Part shown: positions 20,501-29,508 of the stretch, piece by piece
How positions within the stretch are numbered: the first letter of the stretch is position 1
How the letters are laid out: every line of letters begins with the position of its first letter
Assembly (NCBI GenBank): GCA_019873735.1
Contig: JAIOAQ010000008.1
Coordinates: forward strand, 16,651-80,650
DNA length: 64,000 bases
Direction: 5' to 3'
From: Chloroflexota bacterium
GTDB taxonomy: Bacteria > Chloroflexota > Anaerolineae > Anaerolineales > Villigracilaceae
Notes under the pieces: model-generated
Databases searched by the model: none
The model's input: only the letters and a program-made list of their open reading frames with translations
What the model was told of the DNA's origin: nothing
Position numbers and translations under genes: made by a program

Positions 20501-22368
20501 ATCAACAGATTGCTGTCATGTTCGTCGTAAACGTTTTCTTCTTTTAGGTTCTGAACGGCCATCAGGCCAAGGAACTCATCGCCGATCATTAGAGGCACCC
20601 CCAGCCAGCTTTTGGGGACCTCGCCAATGATGGTAATGTGGTTCTCCTTGAGCCACTGGGCCACATTTTTTCTCAACAGCAAGGGTTTTCGGGTTTTGAA
20701 AATGTATCCTGTCATGCCCTCGTCAGCACTCAGGGAGACAATTGTCCGGTCGACTTCGGATTCGGTGACGTTAACCGGGTAATTGACCCGATGTGTGCTT
20801 TTGTCATAGATGCCGATGAAGAAATTTGTGGCATCCATCAACCGGGCAACGCCTTGGTAGGTCTCATTCAACACGTCTTGGGCGTCTAACTGTGAACTCA
20901 ATGCCCGCCCCAGGTCGTTCAAGACGCTCATTTCCTCGGCGCGCAGCCGGGTTTGTTCAAAAAGGCGGGCGTTTTGAATGCCAATGGCTACCGTATCGGC
21001 AAAAGATTCCAGTAGTTTTAAGTCGTCCTGGCTGTAGGCGTTGGGCTGATAACTTTGGGCAGAAAGCACGCCGATGATTTCACCGCTGAAGCGGAGCGGG
21101 GTTGCAATAACAGAACGCGGCGATCTGTATTTTTTTTCTGCATCGGCAACGCGCTTGAAGGGCAAAGGCTCTTTTTCAAGATCATTTGCAATGTATGAAT
21201 GACCAAGGCTGAGGACATAGCCGGTGAAACCGGTTTTGACATCATGCTGTTGGGGTTCGACACGGACGCCATTGTCAATGTCATAGGCATTAACAAATAC
21301 ATCTGTCCCAGGGTCGTGGAGGCTGATGAGAAAGGCATCGGCAGGCAAGATGCGGCCGATGATACGATGGGCCGTGCTGTAAACGTCTTCCAGATTCAGG
21401 TTTTGGCTGATTAAGCGACTTAATTCAACCAGAGTGTTTAACTCTTGCGCGCGGCGCTGTTCGGCCTCAAACAGGCGCGCATTCTCCAGTGAGATAGCCG
21501 CCTGGCTGGCGATTGTGCGCAGCAAGTCAAATTGATGTTCGTCATAGAGCCTGGTTTTTTCTGTGCTTTGAAGCACAATTGCCCCGATGACTCTTTCGCC
21601 AATTGCCAACGGGACGCCCATCCAACACAAAGCAGGCCGGTTATTGCCGACGAGAATGATCTCCAGACCCAATTCTTTGACGGTGTCTGTAACGTTTTCG
21701 GCAATGAAGAGTGGTTTGCGCGTGCGGAGGATGTAATCGGTCAGACCTTTGCCCAGTTGCCGTGCAGGCGGGGAGTAGCGCACGCCATGTGATGTTGCAT
21801 AGGGAAATTCGACTCGATTCTCTTTTTCATTGTAGAGTGCAATGAAAAAGTCCTCTGCTTTCATCAACTGACCTGTGTATTTATGAATGGTTTGACAGGC
21901 AGCGTTGATATCCAATTCTGCAGACAATTCGCGCCCCATTTCGTTCAAGATGGCAAGTTCATTGGCCTGGCGTTGGGTTTGCTGGAAAAGGCGCGCATTT
22001 TCAAGGGCAAGTGAGAGTTGGTCGGCTACTTGCTTGACAAGCAGTTTTTCCTCTTCGTCCCATTGGCGGTCTGCATCTTTATCAATAATTTGCAGGGTGG
22101 CCCAGTTTTGAGCGTCAAAGGGGAAGGCAAGTGTCAATTGTGCTCCATCGCCGGCTTTTGTCTTTGTATCGGTGAGGACCTGGCTTGAGGGCGCCGGGAC
22201 GGGTCTGGTTTTCGACTCCTGTCCTGTTTGCTGGCGCACAGGCGCAGCCGCTTCCCCGCTGACGGGTAGACTTTTGGTGCCTTTTCGGCTCGCTTTGGGT
22301 TTGGTTTCTTCGGGTGTAAGGCCGTCAAATAGATTCTTAAGCCGGCTGTTCACTTGTTTCTTTGACAT
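17542..22368 (-). CDS. Giant cytoplasmic hybrid histidine kinase: basic disordered N-terminus, mini-GAF, 4 GAF, PAS, sensor-family GAF, HisKA, HATPase_c, REC, REC
   Basis: 1608 aa. H-box MSHELRTPLNSI (His1131), N/G boxes (LLSNAAKF, DSGPGI, GGSGLGLSIS), REC1 (TLDIMMPGYDG) and REC2 (VLDLFMEDLDG). ENARLFE-terminated GAF repeats recur. No TM segment was seen. Confidence 0.9.
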   Translation of the reverse strand: MSKKQVNSRLKNLFDGLTPEETKPKASRKGTKSLPVSGEAAAPVRQQTGQESKTRPVPAPSSQVLTDTKTKAGDGAQLTLAFPFDAQNWATLQIIDKDADRQWDEEEKLLVKQVADQLSLALENARLFQQTQRQANELAILNEMGRELSAELDINAACQTIHKYTGQLMKAEDFFIALYNEKENRVEFPYATSHGVRYSPPARQLGKGLTDYILRTRKPLFIAENVTDTVKELGLEIILVGNNRPALCWMGVPLAIGERVIGAIVLQSTEKTRLYDEHQFDLLRTIASQAAISLENARLFEAEQRRAQELNTLVELSRLISQNLNLEDVYSTAHRIIGRILPADAFLISLHDPGTDVFVNAYDIDNGVRVEPQQHDVKTGFTGYVLSLGHSYIANDLEKEPLPFKRVADAEKKYRSPRSVIATPLRFSGEIIGVLSAQSYQPNAYSQDDLKLLESFADTVAIGIQNARLFEQTRLRAEEMSVLNDLGRALSSQLDAQDVLNETYQGVARLMDATNFFIGIYDKSTHRVNYPVNVTESEVDRTIVSLSADEGMTGYIFKTRKPLLLRKNVAQWLKENHITIIGEVPKSWLGVPLMIGDEFLGLMAVQNLKEENVYDEHDSNLLMAFANQAAIALQNALLFEQMRQRAERERLTSEISTIFASVDPIQVSAAIDQVLERLGNFSGVDRAYVFLIDPRGELMSCANEWCSPNTDHQIENLQNIPINTFPFLIDKLRKGQTFYFPKVADIPKEGRAERIEFERENIQSIICSPLMERGNLIGFLGLDAVQAPRTWNEEEQNLLKFAGEAIVTALGRQQAVQALSKSESELRALFSAMTDVIIVYDKDGRYVRVAPTNPNRLYKPPEDMVGKTIQEVLPAETHEPFMQAIRKTLTTGETTSIEYPLEIGGNGYWFYATVTKLSDDQVFWVSRDITERKRAEEAIRRQNEYLATAAEVGRLITSTLDLSLLFKRAVNLIRERFGFYHAAIFTVEETGFNAVLKEATGDAGEEMKRRQHSITVGSKSVVGMVTSTGEAVIINNTALDPLHRPNPLLPETRAEAGIPLRVGNRVIGALDIQSTEVDAFTPDNAAVLQILADQIAVAIDNARSYELAQQAVKEMREVDRLKSQFLANMSHELRTPLNSIIGFSRVILKGIDGPISELQQQDLTAIYNSGQHLLGLINDILDLSRIEAGKMELTFDEVNLNDTINSVLSTITGLIKDKPITLKKIVPEELPPVRADAMRIRQVLLNLLSNAAKFTEQGTITLEAGVKAGPSGHPEIMISVTDSGPGIAPEDQAKLFQPFSQVDSSPTRKTGGSGLGLSISQHLVQMHGGRIGLHSSVGKGSTFYFTIPVYRGKDDAGASKENRVVLAIDDDPQVVSLYERYLQPQGYQVISLTDPTKAAERARQLKPFAITLDIMMPGYDGWQVLQDLKANPETRDIPVVICSIIEDEEKGFNLGAADYLVKPILEDDLLNALNRLNSDGSIREVLVIDDDADDLRLIAKILSENGRYKPILAEGGKQGWEAITTATPHAIVLDLFMEDLDGFAILERLRAEEQYRQIPVVVVTGGDLTPTQREQLNAFGQRLLQKGLLKEDELLSALENALRRIQGP

Positions 22369-23122
22369 ATTCCATTAACTCCTGGGCCAAAACACGATAT
22401 TGTTGCGAACCACGACTACCCGGTCTGTATTCAGTGATAGGCAGGCCTGAGATAGGACTTTCACGCAATTTGGTGTCGATTTCAATAACTGTGTTGAACA
22501 ATCCTTCTCCAAACGTAGCGCGCAATTGCTCATAAATGTTTCTATGGGTACGGTTGCGCCGGTCAAGCAATGTCACCAGGATGCGGTATGCAAGGCCGGG
22601 GTTGTTATCTTCGCGCACGCGCCGGACAATGGACATCATGCTGCGCAGGGCATACGCCGAGAAGTATTCAGCCTGGGTGGGGATAATGAGCAAGTCTGCG
22701 GCGCTCAAAGCATTCAGGGTAATTGTGCCCAGGGCTGGCGGGCAGTCAAACAGAATGTAATCGTAGGGTAGTTCTCCGGCAGATTCCAGGGCGTGTTTCA
22801 GGGCGGTCAGGTGATCCACCCGCATGGGCAAGTAATGTTCGGCCGTCTCTATTTTTGAACCGGATGGGAGGATCGACAGATTCTCGATGCCGGTCTTTTG
22901 ACAGGCATCTGAAACAGGAAATGCCTCAAGCAGCACATCGCCCGAGGTGTGCTGTTCCTTTTCTGGATCAATCCCTACTGCCAGGCTTAGATTAGCCTGG
23001 GGGTCAAGATCGCAGAGCAAGACTCTCTGCCCACTTTCGGCCAATGCTGCACCGAGCGAGACGGTGGTGGTCGTTTTGGCGACCCCGCCTTTTTCGTTTG
23101 AGATTGCAATTTTATATGCCAT
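22337..23122 (-). CDS. Orphan ParA/Soj/MinD-superfamily ATPase
   Basis: 261 aa. Deviant Walker A ISNEKGGVAKTTT, Walker A' LLCDLDPQ and Walker B YILFDCPP. No parB lies nearby. The stop overlaps the kinase start by 32 nt. Confidence 0.9.
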   Translation of the reverse strand: MAYKIAISNEKGGVAKTTTTVSLGAALAESGQRVLLCDLDPQANLSLAVGIDPEKEQHTSGDVLLEAFPVSDACQKTGIENLSILPSGSKIETAEHYLPMRVDHLTALKHALESAGELPYDYILFDCPPALGTITLNALSAADLLIIPTQAEYFSAYALRSMMSIVRRVREDNNPGLAYRILVTLLDRRNRTHRNIYEQLRATFGEGLFNTVIEIDTKLRESPISGLPITEYRPGSRGSQQYRVLAQELMEYVKETSEQPA

Positions 23123-23149
23123 ATCTGCCTCATCAGCAAGGATGCTTGC

Positions 23150-26035
23150 CTATTTGCCTTTTTCTCTGGTTTGCGTTTCAGGTGGAGGGGCATAGGGAAG
23201 AATCTCCACATGGCTGGCTCCCAGCACCTGACGCAGTTCCGCCAGCGCTGTCTGGATCATGCTCTCTGGGTCGGTTTTGCTGCGGATCTTGGTGGTGATT
23301 TCTGAAACGGTGCGTTCACGCAGGGCGCGTCGGGTTGTTTCCTCAAACAGTCGGGCGTTTTCAAGTGCCAGCGCTAACCGGTCGGAGATGGAAGACAAAA
23401 GGGCAATTTCATCATCATCCCAGCGGCGATTGGGATCTTGCGAACGAATGTTCAAGACGCCGATGACTTGCTCGCGCAGACGGATGGGAATTGCCAAAGC
23501 CGGCGTTTCCTCGTTTTCTTTGGCTTTTGAGCCTTTGGGATAAATGGTTACAAACTTGCCACTTGCAAGCGCTTGCATGATTTCTGCCCGCTGAACCGTC
23601 TGGTTGACAGGCCTGCCGCCGCCGATGGTTTTGTGGTAGCCCAGATATTTTCTGGTTGCAAGACTCTTCCAGGATTGAGCCAGATACTGCCTTTGCAGTG
23701 CCTGGGCTTCCAAAAGGGCGCGCTGTAAATCGGTAACCAGCCTCGAATTGTGGATGGCAATGGCAATTTGATCGGCAAGGATGCTGAGGGTTTTCAGGTT
23801 TTCTTCTGAAAAAGCATTTGCTTCTGTGCTTTGAACATCCAAAACGCCGATGATTTCATTGCCGATTTGCAAGGGCAGAGCGGCCTCTGAACGGGTTTCT
23901 GGCAAGTCGGGGTTATCAAAATAGACAGCATCTTGTCCAACGTCAAGGGCAATGCGGGCTTTTCCGGTTTCGGCAACGTTGCCAACAATGCCCACCTGTC
24001 CTATTTTCAATTTGTGCTGCCGTTCCAACATACGTTTTCCGCCGGGGCTGTTAGCGGCTTGCAACACAGCATACTCGCGGTTTTCGTCAATCAAGAAGAT
24101 GCCAACGTGATAGAAAGAGAATTTTTCGCTGACCAGTGATGTGACCAGTGGGAGCAAGGCTTCTGTTTGTTGCTGCGATGCAGCCACCTTTGCGACTTCG
24201 CTGACCAACTCTAACTCCCGCGCCCGCTCCGCGCTCCTGTGCATGGCCTGCTCCAGTTCTGCCGTGCGTTCGGCGACGCGCTGTTCCAGGCCAGACAGCA
24301 TTTGGCGGATTTGGGCTGTCAGTTCATTGAATGTGGTCGCCAGGTAGCCAACTTCATCATTGCTGGCAACTTTGGCCTGCGTTTCCAGATTCCCGACCTT
24401 GAATTGCTCAACGGTGTGCGTCAGGTCCAGGATTGGGCTGGTCAGTTGACGCGCAACATGGATTGCCATGAAAGAGACGACTGCAGTGATAAGAACGCCA
24501 AGCAGGTTAATGGTGCGAACCCGCTGCTGCACAAGCGCAATTGTCTCTGCTTTTGCCTGATAGACGATTGCTCTCCAGGGCAGGTTGTCAACTGCTTCTC
24601 TCTTGTTGGGAGAAAAGATTGGGGCTGCACTCAATATGCTATCGCCTTGCTCCAGGTTGACCTCAACATAACTTTCCTTTTCAAGATTTTCCAGCGCCTG
24701 AACGAGTTCTGGCGGTGACAGGTGAATTCCATCCAGGGCTAAATGCTTCGTTGGATTGCCCAAGAAGACGTATTCTGCCCTGCCCGTTTCACCAATCGGT
24801 TGGGAAAGCAGTTGTTGCAGTTCGGCAATAGTATAGCCAGTCTGCAATACGCCCATAATATCCCCTGTTGCCCGATCGCGGATGGGGACGGCAATGCGGA
24901 AAATGTACATTCCGATGCTTTCGTCATATTCGGGAGTACCGATAAAGATGTCTCCTGCCCCGTTATTGTAGGCCTTTTGCCACCATTCCTCGTCTGCCTG
25001 GTAATAGTCAGAAGTTCGATTTGTTGCCGCTACCAGGCCGCCGAGGACATCGGTGACGATCATTTCGACATGACCGGGGAAAGACTGTTGGAAGTTCCTC
25101 AACTGTGATGAAGCGATATTGTATAAGCGCCCGTTGACAAGAGGCTGTTCGTTATTGTTAGCCGCATCTGCCTGACGCCATATCGCATCAAAGCGATTGA
25201 TTTTCTCCATCTCCTTTTGCAAATCGGGGTCGTGCGACCGATTTGCGCGCGCAACTTGCCATTGAATATCTGCATTTGTGCTGAGCGCCTGAATGGCGTC
25301 TATTTGCTGGGCCAGGATGCTTCCCATAGCCTGTCCGCGTGACTCGGCTATAGGCTGCAAACTCTTGCCGGCGTTTTCGGTCAAGACGTTTGTCAGCGTC
25401 AGGGATGTGATCTGACCAAAGGCAATGGAAATCACGGCTGCAATGCTTACATACGCGATTAAAATTTTGTTGACGAATTGTAGTTTTCCAAACTGCGTAA
25501 TGATCAGAAAGAAAAAGACGAGAATTGTAAGCAGAATCAGGCCTGCACTGAAGCGTTCAACAATGGGGACAAGGATGCGCTCGTAAGGCACCAGGATATC
25601 TATCAGGCCAATGGCCAGGCTGGCCAATATTCCGGCAAAGATGACGCGCACCAGCGAACGTTGAGGCAGGGTTTGAATGCCAATCAGGACTGTCAGCAGT
25701 AAAGTGGTGATTCCTAATGCGCTTCCAATGTTGGCGATCAAGGCGGCTACACTTAACGCAGCGTAGAATACAATGCCAATCAGGGTCCAGGCCGCCAGGG
25801 CGTGATCGCCTTTCTGATTTCTACGAATGACCCAAAAATTTGCAGCGATGACGATGGTGAACGTTGCGATCAGCAGGAAATACCGCCAGTCTCTTTCTGA
25901 GAAGAGAAGGTATATGTAGAACGCTATTGGAATGACCGCCAGAGCCGACGTTAATAGTGCCAGGCGGTGAGTGTTTTGCTGCTGTGTGCTGGCTTGCTCA
26001 TCTTCATACGTACTTAGATTGACCGTTTGTGTCAT
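23150..26035 (-). CDS. Output-less membrane sensor paralog 1 (polytopic N-terminus + Cache-like + HAMP + signalling helix + GAF + mini-GAF + conserved tail)
   Basis: 961 aa. About 6 N-terminal TM segments, then an extracytoplasmic Cache-like segment and a further TM. HAMP is followed by LEQRVAERTAELE. The GAF carries FYHVGIFLID ... NPDLPETRSEAALPL ... GVLDVQST. I see no kinase, cyclase, MCP or phosphatase motif. Confidence 0.8.
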   Translation of the reverse strand: MTQTVNLSTYEDEQASTQQQNTHRLALLTSALAVIPIAFYIYLLFSERDWRYFLLIATFTIVIAANFWVIRRNQKGDHALAAWTLIGIVFYAALSVAALIANIGSALGITTLLLTVLIGIQTLPQRSLVRVIFAGILASLAIGLIDILVPYERILVPIVERFSAGLILLTILVFFFLIITQFGKLQFVNKILIAYVSIAAVISIAFGQITSLTLTNVLTENAGKSLQPIAESRGQAMGSILAQQIDAIQALSTNADIQWQVARANRSHDPDLQKEMEKINRFDAIWRQADAANNNEQPLVNGRLYNIASSQLRNFQQSFPGHVEMIVTDVLGGLVAATNRTSDYYQADEEWWQKAYNNGAGDIFIGTPEYDESIGMYIFRIAVPIRDRATGDIMGVLQTGYTIAELQQLLSQPIGETGRAEYVFLGNPTKHLALDGIHLSPPELVQALENLEKESYVEVNLEQGDSILSAAPIFSPNKREAVDNLPWRAIVYQAKAETIALVQQRVRTINLLGVLITAVVSFMAIHVARQLTSPILDLTHTVEQFKVGNLETQAKVASNDEVGYLATTFNELTAQIRQMLSGLEQRVAERTAELEQAMHRSAERARELELVSEVAKVAASQQQTEALLPLVTSLVSEKFSFYHVGIFLIDENREYAVLQAANSPGGKRMLERQHKLKIGQVGIVGNVAETGKARIALDVGQDAVYFDNPDLPETRSEAALPLQIGNEIIGVLDVQSTEANAFSEENLKTLSILADQIAIAIHNSRLVTDLQRALLEAQALQRQYLAQSWKSLATRKYLGYHKTIGGGRPVNQTVQRAEIMQALASGKFVTIYPKGSKAKENEETPALAIPIRLREQVIGVLNIRSQDPNRRWDDDEIALLSSISDRLALALENARLFEETTRRALRERTVSEITTKIRSKTDPESMIQTALAELRQVLGASHVEILPYAPPPETQTREKGK

Positions 26036-26071
26036 TGTTTATTACCTCGTGCCAGACTGCAAAGACAAACG

Positions 26072-28231
26072 TTACTCCGACGGGGGCGCAGGCTGTAATT
26101 GGATTAATACTTCTGAATCTTGAACGATTTTGCTGATTTCTTCGGCTGCAGTTTGCAAGATGCTGTCCATTTGCATTGAACTGCCCAGTTTGGCTGTCAG
26201 GTCGGCAATAATTCGGTCCTGCTTTGAGCGGCGGGTTGTCTCATCCAAGAGGCGTGCATTTTCAATGGCCAGAGCAACGCGGTCTGCAACGGCCTGAGCC
26301 ACATCTACTTCATCCTGATCCCAGCGGCGTCTGCCGGGGATGCGCACGTTAAGGACACCGATAGACTCGCCTCGCAGTTTCAACGGAATCGCCAGCACGG
26401 CGGACCCATCGGCTTCAATTTCTTGAACTGGTGCCCCGGCATGCAGGGCTTTTTGAATTGCCGGTAGTTTGAGCGGGGCTTCCAGCGGCGTTGCACCGGT
26501 GATGGAGTAATGATAGCCAAGTTGCTTGCTTGTCTTGAGTACCCGGCTCCATTTTTCCTGCAAGTACTGTTGTTGCAGGGCCTGTGCTTCATTCAGGGCT
26601 CGATTTGTTTCTTCAAAGAGGCGGGCGTTTTCGATTGCGATGGCCACCTGGTCGGCCAGAATCTCCAGCGTCTCGATATCGTCTTGTGAGAAGGCGTTTG
26701 GTCTTGTGCTTTGGACATCTAGGGCGCCGATGATTCGGTTGCCTATTTGAAGAGGCAAGGCAATTTCTGAACGCGTGTCAGGCAAATCGGGGTTGTTGAA
26801 GAAGACGGCATCCTCGCCAACGTCGAGAGCGATACGGCTCTTACCTGAACCGGTTACAAAACCGACAATGCCTGTCTGACCAACTTTGAGGCGGTGCCCG
26901 CGTGCCAGCATCCTTTGCCCACCGATGCTGTTGGAGGCACTGAGAATGGCATTTTCTCCGCTGGGGTCGAGGAGGAAAATACCAACATGGTAGTGCCCCA
27001 AGGCTTCACTGATTTGCCTGGTGATTTCCAGCAGCAGGGGCTTGAGTTCGCGAATCGAGGAAATTGCCCGGTTGACATCAGCAATGGCTTTGAGCCGAAT
27101 GGCTTTCTCGGCGTTATACTGATTTGCGGCTTCAAGTTCTGCTGTGCGCTCGGCAACCCGTTGTTCGAGAGAACCGACCAATTCTTGAATTTGATCGGTC
27201 ATTGTGTTGAATGTCCTGCCGAGGTTGCCTAACTCATCTTCAGATGTTATCTCGGCGCGGATGGCGAAATTCCCTGCCTGGATTGCCTGGACGGCGGCCT
27301 GTAGTTTGCCCATGGGCGTGATAATCCGCCGGAGCGTGAATGCTATGGCCGATGAGGCTTGCCAAACAACGAGGACCAATGCGACTAAAAGACCCAGCGT
27401 GAGCAGGCCAAAAGCGCGCAGGGCCTCGCTAACGGCCTGTTCCACGATGACATACCAGGACGTCCCGGGTACTGTTGCAGCAGCAGCGATGACGTAGTTT
27501 TGCTGGATGCTGCGGAAGATGTTGAGCGCCGATCTCTCCATGTCTGCAGGGGTTGAACCGGTCACCTGAGAGTACGATGTGCCACTGCGGACAACTTGCA
27601 AATCGCGATAGGCCAGGATTTGTCCGTTGTTATCCACGATGTAAGCCTGTCCCGTCTTGCCGATGCGCAAACTGGTCACCGGGTTCCATAGGGCGGTAAA
27701 GTCCGTGCGGACAAGCAAGGTGCCGGCAAAGTTTTCGGAACTATCTTTGACCGCCACTGCAAGGTCAACGAATGGTACGCCAAACAGGCTGTAGTCCACT
27801 GGCCCAAGGTACATCTGGCCCTGTTTTACGGTTTCCAGCCAGGGCTGACTAGTGACCACAGGCGCAGATTCTCCCACGCGGCGTCGCTGGGCAATCACAT
27901 TTCCTTGGGGGGTGATAAGCAGGGCCTCAAAAATGATGGGCTGACGCTCTAACAGGAAGCGTAAGACCTGCTCTTTGTCATTGGTGAATGTGAGTGCCGT
28001 GCTGGTTGCGTGCAGGTCGGCTTCGATAACACTGAGTGACTTTGTGAAAGCCAGCGCGGCAGCGACGGCTTCGCCGTTAAGTTCTCTGGTAACACCTCGA
28101 AGCGATGAATTCAGGCCAACGACGATTTCCGTCAAGAGGCCCGCAATGGCTATCAGGCTGAGCAGTGTAACGCGCAGGGACAATTGTCTCCTGAGTGTTC
28201 CACGATTTCTTTGAGAGGATGATCTATTCAT
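26072..28231 (-). CDS. Output-less membrane sensor paralog 2 (TM - double-Cache-like - TM - HAMP - signalling helix - GAF - mini-GAF - tail)
   Basis: 719 aa. Two TM segments bracket a ~250-aa periplasmic domain. Cytoplasmic motifs: HAMP, SLEQRVAERTAELE, HYHVGIFLLD, DVGEDAVFFNNPDLPDTRSEIALPL, GALDVQST, ENARLFEE. Confidence 0.8.
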   Translation of the reverse strand: MNRSSSQRNRGTLRRQLSLRVTLLSLIAIAGLLTEIVVGLNSSLRGVTRELNGEAVAAALAFTKSLSVIEADLHATSTALTFTNDKEQVLRFLLERQPIIFEALLITPQGNVIAQRRRVGESAPVVTSQPWLETVKQGQMYLGPVDYSLFGVPFVDLAVAVKDSSENFAGTLLVRTDFTALWNPVTSLRIGKTGQAYIVDNNGQILAYRDLQVVRSGTSYSQVTGSTPADMERSALNIFRSIQQNYVIAAAATVPGTSWYVIVEQAVSEALRAFGLLTLGLLVALVLVVWQASSAIAFTLRRIITPMGKLQAAVQAIQAGNFAIRAEITSEDELGNLGRTFNTMTDQIQELVGSLEQRVAERTAELEAANQYNAEKAIRLKAIADVNRAISSIRELKPLLLEITRQISEALGHYHVGIFLLDPSGENAILSASNSIGGQRMLARGHRLKVGQTGIVGFVTGSGKSRIALDVGEDAVFFNNPDLPDTRSEIALPLQIGNRIIGALDVQSTRPNAFSQDDIETLEILADQVAIAIENARLFEETNRALNEAQALQQQYLQEKWSRVLKTSKQLGYHYSITGATPLEAPLKLPAIQKALHAGAPVQEIEADGSAVLAIPLKLRGESIGVLNVRIPGRRRWDQDEVDVAQAVADRVALAIENARLLDETTRRSKQDRIIADLTAKLGSSMQMDSILQTAAEEISKIVQDSEVLIQLQPAPPSE

Positions 28232-28283
28232 TCCAGGTGCTCCAAAAGAGTTTGTACCGCGGCGGCTTAAGATACTTTGCAGG

Positions 28284-29477
28284 TTACTTGAGCGTCTCTA
28301 CGAAGGTCCAGGCGCCATCTACAACTTTCATGCCGCCAATGGCTGAGGGAGAAATATCACCCTGAGGGTCAAAATGCCAGGTCCCAAAAATGCCGCTGTA
28401 TTCACCCAAATTTTGCATCGAGGCAAAGACGGCTTCACGGGTAGGCTGCTCGGCGCGTCCAATAGCATAAAGAAGTACGTTAACAGCCTCATATATGGCA
28501 CCATCGTAAGAAGACGGGGTTTTTCCGTATTCGTTCTGATAACTTCTCACGAAGTCTCTGGCGGCAGGAGTATCCAGGTTGGCGGGAGGAATGGCCACCA
28601 CCGTGCCGTAGATATTCTCTAGTTGTTCTTTCTCTAACAGGGCAAAGATATCGTCTACCGCTATCCCATCTGGCCCCATTAATGGGATGGTGGCATTGGC
28701 CTGGCGGATGGCCCGAACAATATATTCGGCATTTGAGCCAACGCTGCCGGCCAGAAAGATGATATCAGGGCTGGCGTCCAGTGCTTTTGTAACCAGGGCC
28801 TCTGCTGTGGCAGTGGGCAGATCTCCTTCGGTCGTGAACCCTGATTTGCCAACGATCCCAAGACCAATGTCTTTGGCGGTGATTTCAAACACGCCGGCTA
28901 CGCCTTTGCCGTATACGTCCTCGCCGTAGATGATGTAAACTTTTTGGTAGCCCATTTTTTGAATCCAGCGCGCGGCAGCCGCGCCTTGTACCTCGTCGCT
29001 GGCTACCGTCCGGAAGTAAGTACGTTGGCCGGTGGGGTAGTAAATCCCCGGTTCGCCCAGTTCGTAGCCTGGCTTGGTCAGCCCCGGCCAGGTATTGCTG
29101 CCTGAAATTGTGGTCACCGAGGCGCGGTTTAAGATGGGGATGATTTCTTTGGCTGTGCGGCTGGAATCTGGACCAACCCAACCGACAACGCTTGGGTCTT
29201 GGGCTACTTTTTCTGCATTTTGGATGACAAGCGGTGTAGAAATACTCTCGCTATTGGGCTCTGTTTCGCTCAGGACCATCAACTCTACATTGTACGGACC
29301 GGCTTTTCCGTTCGCCTTCTTTATAGCCATTTCAACTGCATGCAAACTGTCTTGTCCGTAGGTGGTTCCCAGCGGCACGCTGAACGCGATTTTCACATTG
29401 CCGGAGGGCTTATTAACACAGCCTGATATCAGCAGGCCGATAATAATGGTAATGACGAGCAGTTTTTTTATGGTCAT
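28284..29477 (-). CDS. Lipoprotein, type-1 periplasmic solute-binding protein (LivJ / branched-chain amino-acid-binding-like)
   Basis: 397 aa. Signal peptide with lipobox LISGC and a Peripla_BP_6-like pattern. No ABC permease or ATPase gene occurs anywhere in the window. Confidence 0.75.
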   Translation of the reverse strand: MTIKKLLVITIIIGLLISGCVNKPSGNVKIAFSVPLGTTYGQDSLHAVEMAIKKANGKAGPYNVELMVLSETEPNSESISTPLVIQNAEKVAQDPSVVGWVGPDSSRTAKEIIPILNRASVTTISGSNTWPGLTKPGYELGEPGIYYPTGQRTYFRTVASDEVQGAAAARWIQKMGYQKVYIIYGEDVYGKGVAGVFEITAKDIGLGIVGKSGFTTEGDLPTATAEALVTKALDASPDIIFLAGSVGSNAEYIVRAIRQANATIPLMGPDGIAVDDIFALLEKEQLENIYGTVVAIPPANLDTPAARDFVRSYQNEYGKTPSSYDGAIYEAVNVLLYAIGRAEQPTREAVFASMQNLGEYSGIFGTWHFDPQGDISPSAIGGMKVVDGAWTFVETLK

Positions 29478-29508
29478 TTTTTTCTCCTAACTCAGATAAT
29501 GTAAGGTG

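Noticed and set aside
22337-23122. Reading the ParA gene as a chromosome or plasmid partition locus, which would imply an integrated plasmid or replication origin.
   Set aside because: There is no parB, no clustered parS-like inverted repeats, and no rep, dnaA, integrase or relaxase genes in the window. The gene is embedded in, and overlaps, the signalling operon.
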